Shown: one piece after another, positions 1-13,212 of the stretch
Layout: the number at the start of each line of letters is the position of its first letter
Position numbering within the stretch: the first letter of the stretch is position 1
DNA from: Moniliella sp. 'wahieum'
Lineage: Eukaryota
Length of the DNA stretch: 64,000 nt
NCBI GenBank assembly: GCA_003971905.1
Contig: RSEE01000045.1
Span: 310,001 to 374,000, forward strand
Direction: 5' to 3'
Program-made: the position numbers and the translations under genes
Notes under the pieces: model-generated
What the model saw: only the letters and a program-made list of their open reading frames with translations
What the model was told of the DNA's origin: nothing
Databases searched by the model: none

Positions 1-1661
<1,661 letters not shown>

Positions 1662-3749
1662 TCATGGGGGCAATGGAATGGTGTGAGAGGGAGGACAGGG
1701 GGACATTTGCTTGCGCGGAGGACGGCAGGCAGGCAGGCAGGCAGGCGGGGAGGCGGGCACGGAGCGGGCGAGGCGAGGGAGGCGAAGGGCACAAGGCAGA
1801 GATGGAGGGGGAGGGAGGCAGAAGTGGTGGTGGTGGTGGTGGCGGTGCCGGGGGAGGAGGGAGGCTAAAAGCGCGCCTACCGTTCGTTTGCGTGTTGCGT
1901 TGCCGCGCACGACGCAGGCGGGAGGCAGGGAGCGTTGCTCAGTACCCCCGTGCCGTCTGCTGCGTGCTGCGTGCTGCCGTCTGCCGCTCGTCCAGTGCAG
2001 GAGCAGGACGCATGACGGCGACGCGTGATGAGATGGACGGTGGCCTGGTGGGCGCCCTGGGCCTCCCCCTTACCCGAGCCGGTGACTAGTGAGTAGTGAC
2101 TAGTGACTCGTACCCGTGCCTTGGGCGCAGTGGCTAGGGTGGCCCAGTGCCTAGAACTACCGACCGAGGAGCCCGGGAGCAGGGCAGCAGCCTGTGGGAT
2201 GCGGTGTGGGATCGATGGGAGAGAGCCAGTGCAGTGTGATAGCTACGGAAGCACCTACCAACTCCCCGTCCAAATGAGCAACATTTCATTATTAATCCAG
2301 GCGGCAACAAGGGACCAGTGCCCCAGGCGGAGGGTGAGGCGTGACATGTGTGACAGAGGGGAGCTAGTGGCAAAGCGACGGGTCCTCGTCGAGCGCGTCA
2401 CGCGTCATGCGTCATGCGTCAGACCTTAGAGCTTGGCACGTCCGATTGAACTCTGCACGCAGAGCCCCCCCCGCGCCCTGGTCCTGGCCTGGGGCACGGC
2501 GCTGCTCTGCACCTGCGACATGCACAGTGACCAGGTGGCTTGCGACAGGGCTTGCTGTTGGCCGCAGACACGCCATGCCAGCTCCTGTTCTATGCACAGG
2601 CCACGCAGACCGACTGCTCTCAGACCGAGCTCTCAGACTGAGCACGGGAACCGACTGGCTGTTCCTGCGTGCGCTGAGCACTGCTGAATGGCTGAAGCTT
2701 GAACCAGTCGAACATTGAATGCTGCCCCAGTGCTGCGCCTAACAGGGCCCTCGCTCTTATTCAGCTGGGAATTGCGGCTTTGGGAGGCCGTGGCTACTGG
2801 CGCGTGCATGTGACATGCGACACGTGGTGCATGATACACGATGTGTGACGCGTGATGGTGCAAGTTGGTGGCCAAGCCAGTCACGAATTAGCCGGCGCGC
2901 AGGGTAGGCGCTCATGCATCGCGTTATTTATTAGCGCTTGAGGTACTGGGTAGCACGAGTACTACGTCTGTGTTGCGTATGTGAGTACTCAGGCTCAGAG
3001 TGTACTGAGTAAATAAGTAACGGGGTGAACTGAGTTTTTTTGGCTGGCTCAGTACGTCTCTTGAATAACGACTAAGACGAGTGAGTGACTGAATGCACAC
3101 CTGCGACTTGGAGCTTGGGATGCCGGATGTGTGATATCTGATGCATGATGTCTCCGATCATTGGTGATCATTGCTTGAACCAGCACGTTTATTTGCACCC
3201 TCGGTGCCGCGGGCTAAGTTCTAAATGTTTAGCCTGTGTAGCGTGCAGCCTTGGAGCCTCTTGTAGCTTGTTTATTATTCACGGTTTTAACGCGTAACGC
3301 GCATCGTTTAGCGTTTAGGCATTGCTCTAAGCGGCTAAGCGCTAAACGCATATAGTGCTATCGTGCTAAGCTCAACGCCTCCCGGTTACCGCTTACCGGC
3401 GCTTACCGGTTCCCCGGGAAAATGGACCGCTCTTCAATCTCATTGGTTTCATATTTCAGACCCCGGATCCCAGACCCTACACCCGGCTGGCCCTAAGCTG
3501 TTGCAGCCCATGGAGCGCGGTGCCTGCATTGGATCCCTGCACCTCGCGGCGCCGGAGCCAACTGTCATGCATTGCATCATGGCAACTGTTTACTGTAGCC
3601 TGAGTTATGCAGACGCCATCATGCTTCACTAGCATTTGTCACTTGTCACATGTCGCGTGCCCACTCGTCCCGCCGGCTTTTGCCAGGCCCGGACGGGGGC
3701 GTGAAAAGCAATTAATGTTAGACTGTGATCCTGCAGCTGCTCTTATCCC

Positions 3750-3820
3750 GGCTCGATAGCGTAGTGGTAACGCATCCCTGGCAATAGGCGATGACATGGG
3801 TTCGAATCCCATTCGAGTCT
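3750..3820 (+). tRNA. tRNA-like gene with a defective anticodon arm (possible Cys/Thr-type pseudogene or sequencing error)
   Basis: Acceptor GGCTCGA/TCGAGTC plus T73, D arm GCGT-AGTGGTA-ACGC, T arm ATGGG-TTCGAAT-CCCAT, followed by a T-rich tract. Anticodon stem TCCCT/GGCGA has a mismatch and the loop (GGCAATA) is non-canonical. Confidence 0.65.
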
Positions 3821-4517
3821 CTTCTTTTCCTCACTATTTCCCCCGGGCTGTGCCTTCTCACAATTAACTTGACGCTAACGTGCTGACGGGATTATGAGCC
3901 CCTGTGCCACTCTTCGGCCTGAATATGATATCTGAATCCTGAATAGTGACTAGCACTGGTGACTAGGTGAGTGACTAGTGACTGAACCAGCCAAGCGCCA
4001 AAAGGACATCCTGCATCCAATCCAAACCTGTGGCAACTATCCAACCCATCCTTCGGAGCATGGAATGATCATCAATCGCCGGTCACCGGTCACTGTAGCA
4101 CAGGTACCCCCGGCATCACGAGCTTCACGCATTACCCGTTAAGCTTTACCAAGATGTATACCAGGTGCACCAGTGCTGTACCATCAGGCTGTAGCGGCCA
4201 AGGTGTACCTGGCAATTGGAATAGCCGTGGGGTAGACAGAAACATGGAACGAGAATCGGGCCGGCGAGAGGGCGGGCCGCTGGTTATTGACCGCTCCTTT
4301 CGGTCCTGTTCCGCCTCTGCTCCCCCCCCCCCCCCCCCGCCCCTGTTTGCCCCCCCTGTGGCAGCCCGCCGCCCTTGTGAGAGAAAGCCCGCGCGCATCT
4401 CCTGTGTCGCGTCCTACACCATGCATCATCACCGGTCACCAGAATGAGTTACTGGGGTGGTCGTGGAACGTAGCGTTGAATGATGAAATTGAAACGTTGA
4501 ACGTAACGTTGAATGTC

Positions 4518-4612
4518 TGACAAGAATGGGAATTCGAACCCACGCCCCCAAGTTTGGAGCTACTAGCTGCTACAGCAGGCTAACATATGTATCGACGCTA
4601 GCTTGGACCACT
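4518..4612 (-). pseudogene. Degenerate class II (Leu/Ser-type) tRNA remnant
   Basis: Minus strand reads AGTGGTCCAAG (D loop) ... CTCCAAACTTGGGG (long variable arm) GCGTGGGTTCGAATTCCCATTCTTGTCA (T arm and 3' acceptor resembling tRNA-Leu). The adjacent 5' acceptor strand is missing and replaced by ACTGAGT-type repeats. Confidence 0.55.
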
Positions 4613-6088
4613 GGTACTGAGTATACTGAGTAGTACTGATCGATGATCGATGACGCATGCATCGTACATCATGCATCATGCATCATACATCATGCATCAT
4701 GCATCATGCATCACGCGTCAGGGCGTCAGCACATCTGCATGACAGATCTTAGACTGCAGGGTCCATCAGGGTCTTGCCAGGTAGCACCGGAGGTATCGGG
4801 TTGTGCAAAGGCTGGAGCAGGCTGGAGCGTAGGAGTCGGCTGCGCTGGCGTTTTCTGTTACTGATGCAGATGCAGGTCGGATTCTCAGAATTCAGATGGT
4901 CAGCCGTCAGATGTCGGAGCTCATGCGCTCATGCACGTACCATGCACGTTGCACCGAAGCAACTGATACAGATGATCGATCGATTAATGGTCGATGGTCG
5001 ATGAAGCTTGAAGCTGCCGTAGCAGTGCTGTAGCCTGCAGAAGCTGCTGCAGCTCCGCCGGCCCCATGTCTGGCAAAGCGGGTACCGGACGTGTGACACG
5101 TGACATGTGACTTGGCATGTGATGCAATGCATGATTATCGATGACATATGTGTGACGTGTGATGCATGTGATGTACAATGCCACACGTGACATGTGACGT
5201 GCGGCATGAGTGCAATCAGCATCACATGTCACAGGGACTAGCGACTTCTGACTCTAGTTACTAGTTACTAGTTACTAGTTACTAGCTAATGACTAGCCAC
5301 AGTGACCGGAGTGACTAGTGACTAGTGACTAGTGACAAGCTAGTACGTTGCTAGTGACCTAGTGACCGGAGTAGCTAGTAGTGCTCCAAGCTTGAATTTT
5401 GAAGCCGCAGGCTGTAACCACATTCACAGCCAAGCAACAAAGCCGCCTAGAAAGCGCTGCTAAGCACTGAACTCAGTACGTCCAGTCACTATTCCTAGAG
5501 TGACTTTCGGGGCTTGTGAAAACAAGGGGCAGTCACTAGTCACTAGTCACCGGGTCAGATGGCGGGTGACGTAATGATGGGGTTCATACGCCTGAGCCTC
5601 ACCTCAGATCCCTCAGACGACCCGAATGCGAGCAAAGTAGCAAGGAAGCAAAGGATGCGTTGGGTAGAGAGAAGGAATCATTAATCATTAATCATCACTC
5701 AAGTTAATCAGGATCGGCGAAGAGCGAAGAGTAGCTAGTGATAGTGAGCCCCAGGCCTGATTAGTTCCTGATTAGCGCTTAGCTACTGTGACGCGTGACG
5801 GTGGCAGTATAATTCTGAACGTTGAACGTTGAATGTTAAGGTGAACATTCAGTTGAACGTTGAGCCTCAACGTTGAAGTGAAGGGCGGAATGGGTGGGAG
5901 GGCAGGCGGAGTTTCTGTCACGTGACCGATCTGGACCGGACCGGCCGGCTCAGCGCGCGGAGCGGCTCGGCTGGGCTGCGTTTGGGGGTTGCTGTGCTTT
6001 CGCCCCAACCTGCCCGCGGCCCGCTTCACTCGAGCAGGGCCTGGTGCGCGCATACCCCACCCCCCGCCTCGCCGTCCGCACCCCCAGC

Positions 6089-9000
6089 ATGAGTGCCGCT
6101 TCAACGCTATTTCCACCGTCCTCAACCACCCCACTCGTCGGGCCCACCCCATCGACCCCCACTCGTCTCGCTACCCGCCCTTCTTTTCCCCGCGCTCCCT
6201 CCGGCCGACACCCTCGTCCCCCCCGCTGCCCCTCCTATTGACGCCGAGGCATATGCGCGTGAGACTAGGCCGGCGTGGGGGAAATTGCGACGCCCCCTGC
6301 CGCCCGTGGCTCTGGGCTTGGGGCGGCTGGCACTGGCGTTGTGAGCGAGGAGGAAGACGTGGCGCCACTGGAATCGGTTGCCTTCGGTGTTCTTTGACTT
6401 GGACTATTCCCTGTCCGACCCAAGCTTTGAGCAGGTATTTGAGGTCAGTGCCGCTGTCCCTTTTCCTACGGATGGCACTTCGTCCCTTGCGAGGCCGCCC
6501 AAGAGGCCATTGACAGCATCCCACCCTGCTGGGCGAGAAACTGTCGTTTTATTCGGATGTGATCGAACAGCATCTCGTCACTGCCTTGTCTGAGCGCTCG
6601 GAAGCGATCCTGAATGCCGCCTCTTCTCTGCAAACCCTCACCGAGGCTGGACGCCAATGTGCTTCCGACACGGCTGCGCTCCAGGGCAGCATGCGCGCTT
6701 GGACCAGGACATCACTCACACCGGCACCTCTCTCATCCTACACCAGCACCGCCGCCGCCGACTTCAACTGCTACTGTCCACGCTGGAACGCATCCAAACG
6801 GTTGTTAGCCAATCAGAAACAGTCGAACAGCTTGCTCAGCAACGTAGATGGTTGGACGCGTTGCAGACTGCCAAGCAAGTTCGTCTGTCACTCCAACAGC
6901 CTCTTGTCCTTTCAGCCTCAGCCGGTACAGAGGATCAGCAAGAGGAAAAGCAGCTCAAACTTTCCGACGTTGCCTCCCTGGCAGCATTGTCAACTCGCCT
7001 GGACGGAAGTGCAACACAAACCTCTGAGGCTCTCTGTGGCGAGCTGGAAACGGCATTGAGAGATGGTTCACAAAGAGCATACTGATCTCCTCGTTTCTGA
7101 GGCAGATGACCGCGCGACACCCGGCACTCTTCTCAGTACGATGAGCAATTACGTTCTCTGCGAGCCCGGCGGCCCGCACCTTGCGTTCCTCCATCGCTTT
7201 GGCTGCCGAGCAGTTGGCCGAGGCTACAGCGGAGGCTACCCCTTGCCGGGCACGAGGCCTCCCCTGTCGTCACTGCTTCTCTGATCCAAGGTCCTGATTC
7301 ACTTCCCTCGGGAAGTCGATCCCTTGCCGAAAGGAGATGAAACCCACCTCAAGTTGCAGGAAGAGGGGATGCTGGAGACCATACGGCCCTTGCTTGCTGC
7401 TCTGGCACAAGCCAATTCCCTTGGTTTGGTCCCTCGTACCCTAGAGCAGGCTACCTTTGGGAGCTGTCCAGCAAATTGCCCCGGTTGCTTGGACCGCTGC
7501 CCAGTTCCCAGAGGAAGCGATTCCTGGCCTTGTTCAGCTCGTCAATCCAGAGCCCGGAGTGAATAAACCTCCTGAGGCGGCCATCGCCCACCTTCGCTCT
7601 TGTCTGCCCCCGAGTTTGTGGAGCGAACCCACGTTTACCTGAGCCGTGTTAGACGTGCTTCATGCTTCTGACCAGGCCCTCGTCATCCTTTCGCAATTGC
7701 CCGAAATGATCCAGCTGCCTGCGGACGACGAACGCATAACCCAAGCTCGTATGAATGCTCGCGTGGCAGTTCACACCTCGGCCGCACGTATCTTTTCCGC
7801 GCGGGGTCTTGTGCTGGGATCGCCGCAGCCCGCCCGACCCTAGCCGATCTTGAGGACCCGGCGAACGTCTGGGCTGACCCAGAACTGACCGCTTTCCTTC
7901 CCTCTTTCCAACTGGGATGGGGCTTCATGCTGCGTAGCCGCTTGCCTTCTCACTTGGCAAGCAGTAATAGCGGGTCCAGTAACGGGTCCAGTGGCGGATC
8001 CGATGTGCTGCGCTCCACCCTTCTGCGTTTGGCACGCGAGTTTGTGGGTGTGGTACATGCCCGCAGGTTGTCGGTTGCAGCGGCTGCTGTGGACACGGAG
8101 AAGTGGAGTGCGAAATCGGTGCCAGCCCCAGTTCAAGCACTTGTGGAGATGATGTTGCTTGGGGCAACGGAGGACCCAGCGCAGCTGTTGATGTTGTGTC
8201 AGACTGGTCAAGGATCTATCCAGCAACCGTTGCAAAATGGCAAGACACCACCCAACGCGATCCCAAGACGCTTGAGATCGAGGGCCACCGGTACTTTGTC
8301 GTGGGGGCGACCTTGATTGTGCTCCCCCAGTTGGGGCGGTACTGTCGCCTGGTTGTCAACCTGCCCCTGATCTGTGTCGAAGTTCTTGCCCGTCTCGTCG
8401 AGTTTCTCAAACAATTTAACAGCCGCGTGTGCCAGCTGGTCCTGGCGCAGGTGCGCTCCGCAGTGCCGGTTGACCAATATCAACGCTCGCCATTTGGCGC
8501 TGGCTGAGCAGTCTCTCAGTGCTGTGATGGGCCTACTGCCCTACATTCGCGAGATGGTGCGACGCCACCTGCCAAAGCGGATGAAGCTGATGCTCACTGA
8601 GTTCGATCGTCTGCGACAGGACTACACTGATCATCGGATGGAGATCCAAACTAAACTCGTCTCCATCCTTCAGGAGCGAATTGCTGTTCATTCACGCTCT
8701 CTCCGGGTACGTTACTTCCTTGAGGTGGGTTTGATGTTCTGAATGCTGACCGCTATCTCGATACAGGTTCTGAATTGGGAAAAAGCTGCTGAGGCGGAGC
8801 GTCAGTTCCGACTTGGACTCAAACAAAAAGCGGCCAATACACCTCAAGATGAAGAAACCCCACAGGAGGAAGGGAGCGGGAATGAGAAGGGCGAGGAGGA
8901 ACCTCCTCAGCTGAGTCCCCTAGCTGGACTTCTCAAGGATAGCTCAACGTTATCGACCATCTAAGTCGCTATCTCCCCACTGGTACGCTCGAGTCGATCA

Positions 9001-9290
9001 TGAGGCGGACGGGTGCTCCATTGATTTGCACCTTACCGACACAGTGCGGGCGATCGACTGGGACGCATTTGAAGCGCCCCCGCCAACAAGGTCGAATGGT
9101 ATGGGTTCGGTCCGATCCGGCATGTCCTTGCCTTCTCGGGAATTTGTACGGCCCGAGGTACCTCCACGTGGTGCAATGCACGCCGACTTGGCTCGCTTTG
9201 TCGCGCATCTTCGCAAGCTGAAGGGGATGAGCGCGTGGGATCCGTGCAACTTGCTCAAGCTTCAAGACAACATCCTAGCCCCCCGCCCCC
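6089..9290 (+). CDS. VPS54: GARP complex subunit Vps54 (frameshifted)
   Basis: VPSVFFDLDYSLSDPSFEQV, IEQHLVTALSERS and the Vps54 C-terminal block HRYFVVGATL...EFLKQFNSRVCQLVL...NINARHLALAEQSL...EFDRLRQDYTDHRMEIQTKLVSILQERI; intron ~8707-8767 (GTACGT..CTGAC..CAG). Confidence 0.88.
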
Positions 9291-9293
9291 CCC

Positions 9294-12021
9294 GTGGCAA
9301 CACCCCGGACATCCATGACGACCAGCCGGGCGTCCGTTTCGATGGCGCGTGAATCGCCTACTCAGGCAACCCCGATCGATAAACCCGCTGCTCCCGTCAG
9401 TTCTACGTCCTCAGCCCCCATTCACTCGGTCCTTTCTGAATCAGTTGCCCGGGGTGTTCGGGCGATACGGAAGGACTCCGAGCCTAAACGTTTGGGCTCC
9501 CCAGCTCCCCTAATCCCATCGCAGCAAACTATGCGCCACCGCCTGCCAGGCACGTCCACCAGCCCCAACGATCAAGTACCAACCTCGGCAGCGGCCACCA
9601 CAGAGGCGCAGTACCGCTTCCCCTGCTCCGAGCCCTCCCCCGACGACTTATTGAGCCCCTCGATCGACCCAACCCTGCGTCGACATGGATCCGTGGGATC
9701 GTCAATGGATCGTGCTTTCTCGCCTGCCGGTTTCGCCCCCCAACTTCGCCCTTTCGCCAGGAACGGGACGGGAGTATCCGATCACCACTCCTACATCCCT
9801 CGCCGCCCAGTTCGAGCATGGCCAATGCCCAACACGCCCATCTACGTGCACCGTCGGAGCCTGTGCGTCCAGCCGCTCCCCCCTTGCTTCCCCCGCCCCG
9901 ACGCCTTCCTCGCCCAGTTCCAGCCCGCCCCGATCGACAGTGTCGATTTTGAGTCGGCCGTGCACGCACCTTTGCTTACCCGCCCAGAACCGATCAGAGC
10001 CACAACAGTGCCCGTGACGGACGACGAAGACGATGCACAACCGATCTTGCTTTCTCGCAGAGGGCCACCGGTCCGTGTCACCGCGTCCCCATCCCTGGGA
10101 GGTAGCATGCCCACCATGCCCACCAGCGACGACTCGGACGATGACATCCCACTTGCTCATCGCGCAGCTACGATCGCCAATCGTGCTTCTTACTCACCGG
10201 CTCCGAAACCTTTGCCGCACCCCCCCAACTCCAATGATGCAGACGATCATTACTGAGAGCCCGGCGGGGGCGGACCAGGATGTGCCTCCCCCTGGCCCTC
10301 GGCCCGAAGTGACAGCCCCTGCCCAAGAACCAAACGGCTCCAGTGCCAGCTCCAGTGCAAGCTTCAGTGCAAGCGCAAGCTCCGGAAGATACACCTACTC
10401 CACTGGGCCGACCGATGTGCCCGCCTTGACGGATACTGCTGGTCCCACAACCCTGCCCATATCAGTGCCTGCTTCTGTTCCAGCACCCAATGTGGTCGAA
10501 ACCCCAGCGCCTGATTCACATGCGGCTCCTACAGCAGCGGTGGAGCCTGCGGTCGCTCCTGCACCCACAACCATACCCTCATTGGCTACAGTTCCACTCA
10601 GGCTCCTGCCCCGGCTCCTGTTTCAACAACATCCTGTCAACGCCTTTGACGGCCACACCAGAAAAGCAGCGCAAGCGTCTTTCGCTCAAGAGCGTCTCGC
10701 CGAAGCCACGCGAAAGCGGACTTCGCTAGGCAAGACCCCTATCCCCTATCGTTACCAGCCCTACTGCCTTGCAGACTCGTCCTCTCCTGTCAGATCTACT
10801 CCCGTTTCATCTCCAATGGCCAAAACCGCAACCACTGCCACTCCTGCCTCCGCGGCCGTGGAGGATGTTTCAGTGCCCATCGCACAAACCCGCAAATCTA
10901 CATGGAGGCTGGCAGCCAGGTTTCTAAGGAGAGGCCTGGGGAGAATGGTATGAAGGGCAAATCTGGCACCCCCGTCGCTTCACCACACTTGATGTTGAGA
11001 AGAGCGGAGCACCGCGACGGAGAAGGGTACGGAAGAAAGGGTTGACCCAACCACAGTCGAGGAAAAGGAGACCGCTATCACAGCTGTTCCCATGGTCGCT
11101 GTTGCTGAGACTGTGGCAGAGTCTGTTCCTGGGCAAGAAAAGGTTGTCATGCAGCAACCTCCTCCCCGGCCCAAGAGAGTTGTCATCGCACCCAATACTG
11201 AATCCAATTCGCCCTCACGCTCTGGTCCTGAGCCATCCGATGCTCTGCATCCTACTCCATTCTCCGCACCCCACTTCTTCAAAGGCAATTCCAGAGGGCG
11301 TCATCATAACGCCAGACTCCGCGTTACCTGCTGCAACGACTCCGGGGCACCCGATAAACGAGTCCCTGCGGAGGAGTTGGATCTAGAGGCCCCAAAAGAA
11401 ACGATGGAGACGGCTTCTACCGATTTGGTGGTCGCGCCAGTCAAACCTCAGCCCGACAAGGAGCCAGCCAAATCTGAGCCCGACAAGGAAACTACAAGTC
11501 CTGATACCCGGACGAGCCTGTCGATCGAAGCACGGCAGGATGATGTGGAGCACGCGGGTGTGGTTAAGCCCGAAAACAAGATAATCCAACCCAGCACCTC
11601 GCCTCCATTGGATTCAACCGCATCGGATCCGCCCCTTGGTTTACCCTCTCAAGAAGCGGGGGAAGGCGACGCGGCTGGGCCGGAAAAGAGCACTGTGTCG
11701 TCCATCACAGCTGATCTGATCACCTCAAACGCAACGCCTTCTCCCTGCCCACGCCTGAGCCTGGCCCGAACTCTCGTTACTAGAGGACCAAGTCGAAATG
11801 CGACCCAGATACACAGGTCGCCTCTTCTTCCGGCCTTACCAAGGAAGAAAGGAACGCGAAAACGTCGCCGTAAAAGAAAGCGCAACGGCAGCGCAAGAAA
11901 AAGTAAGCTAGCTTCGTCGTGCACTCGCACTGGTCTCCTATGCCCCGAACCATCCATGAAAATAGACGTTTCGCAAAATATGTCACCGACTCACCTACGA
12001 AAGAAGTCCTTCTTTATCTGA
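9294..12021 (+). CDS. Low-complexity Pro/Ser/Thr/Glu-rich coding region (C-terminal extension of Vps54 or a separate gene)
   Basis: Three chained long plus-strand ORFs (9294-10256, 10033-10953, 11092-12021) of disordered composition, including DDSDDDIPLAHR; no intergenic-looking gap after the Vps54 core. Confidence 0.5.
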
Positions 12022-12101
12022 TAGAAGTCCGCCCACAAAGAGACAGAATCGCACCCCAACTTGGTGGAGTAGATGGATCATTGCACAGGGCAGCCAGGCT
12101 C

Positions 12102-12870
12102 TCATCGCCTACCGAATGCCCAGTTCATCGCCGTGCCCGCGGCCGACCAAGTAGACGCGGCTGCCGGAGCCAGCATGTCGGAGAAGCCAGTGACAGTACC
12201 CGGCATCGCAGCGGCTACGGCGGCGGCGGATCCAGGGATGTTTTTCGCCGATTCGGTCCGGGCCGCCCAATGGCCTGGGCTTGCTTCACCAGCTCGGCCA
12301 TGTTGGTCTCCACCACAATCCCACCTTGGATCATCTCCCCCAGCAAGGCATGGACCCGATCAAAGGCAAATACAAGATCCAGTCGCAGACCGAGGTGAAC
12401 ATACGATCCAGTGCCTCCACAAACACCTGCAAGACAAAAGACATCCAAGGTTAGTAAGCGCCCATATACCAAACCATCCCACGCGACAAGACGGACCTGA
12501 ATCAAATCCAAAATGCCCAGTTCGCTCTCCGCTGCATCAACGACAAAAACGAAGTACAACGTGGCAAACTGGCGGTAAATGATGCGCAAGGGACACGTGT
12601 CAACCGTGCTGGCCGCGCTGGTAGGTCGGCATCATCAAACGGAACCGGCTTGGGAGCGGCAGCTGGGGACCGGCACCGACGAACGAGGCCAGTAACGGTT
12701 GCAGCTCGGGAGCATCAGCAAAGTTGGCTGCTTGTCGGTCGACGCGAGACGAGGCTGTAGATGAGCCGGAGGGCACGCTGCTCCGCCCCACTGCCACCGG
12801 CAAGAGGCGTGTAGAAGCGACTCAGACGCGGGCGGCCGCTGTTGTTGAAGATGAGCACTGCATGAATCAT
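12102..12870 (-). CDS. APS3: AP-3 adaptor complex small (sigma) subunit
   Basis: N-terminus MIHAVLIFNNSGRPRLSRFY; RIIYRQFATLYFVFVVDAAESELGILDLIQV; LDLVFAFDRVHALLGEMIQGGIVVETN; intron ~12428-12497. Confidence 0.9.
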
Positions 12871-13212
12871 CTCCTCATCGTTTCCCGCGCAGAGGCGGGC
12901 AGAGCGGCAGCCGAAGGGAGGACGTCGGGCGATGGTGGGAGGCGCCGCCGCGCCAACGAAACGACACGACAGCGCCGAGGGGGGGGGGCCGAAAGCAACC
13001 CTAGCGCTTGTCCCAGGCCTAGACTGCCCCCGTGCCCTCGGCCTCAGTCAGGGTGTCCAATCGGGGCGGCGGCAGTCGTGCATCATGCATCACTAGTAAC
13101 TGTTTTTTTCCCGCAAGTTCGCCAGCGCCAGCCGGAAGGCGTCTCGACCGTCGCTGTCGCTGCCGCCGTCGCCGTTGCCACCACCATCGCTCCGGTTGGG
13201 CAGCTCACCTAG

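Larger units (their letters stand above)
2081..5880. repeat. Dense cluster of short tandem arrays of 7-bp interrupted palindromes (NN-TNA-N'N')
   Basis: AGTTACT x4 at 5256-5283; AGTGACT x3 at 5310-5330; CATCATG-type x7 at 4667-4715; GTTGAAC units at 4490-4515 and 5815-5880; TGTGACA units at 5090-5232; AATCATT x2 at ~5676; GGTTACC/GCTAAGC units at 3290-3410. Confidence 0.85.

Noticed and set aside
1724..1845. GGCA and GTG short tandem repeats (also GCTT at ~32073 and CT at ~58833)
   Set aside because: Ordinary microsatellites that do not follow the TNA-heptamer rule.
4643..5232. His/Met/Cys-rich small ORFs (IMHHASC.., HVTCHV..)
   Set aside because: Direct translation of CATCATG and TGTGACA heptamer arrays, not credible proteins.
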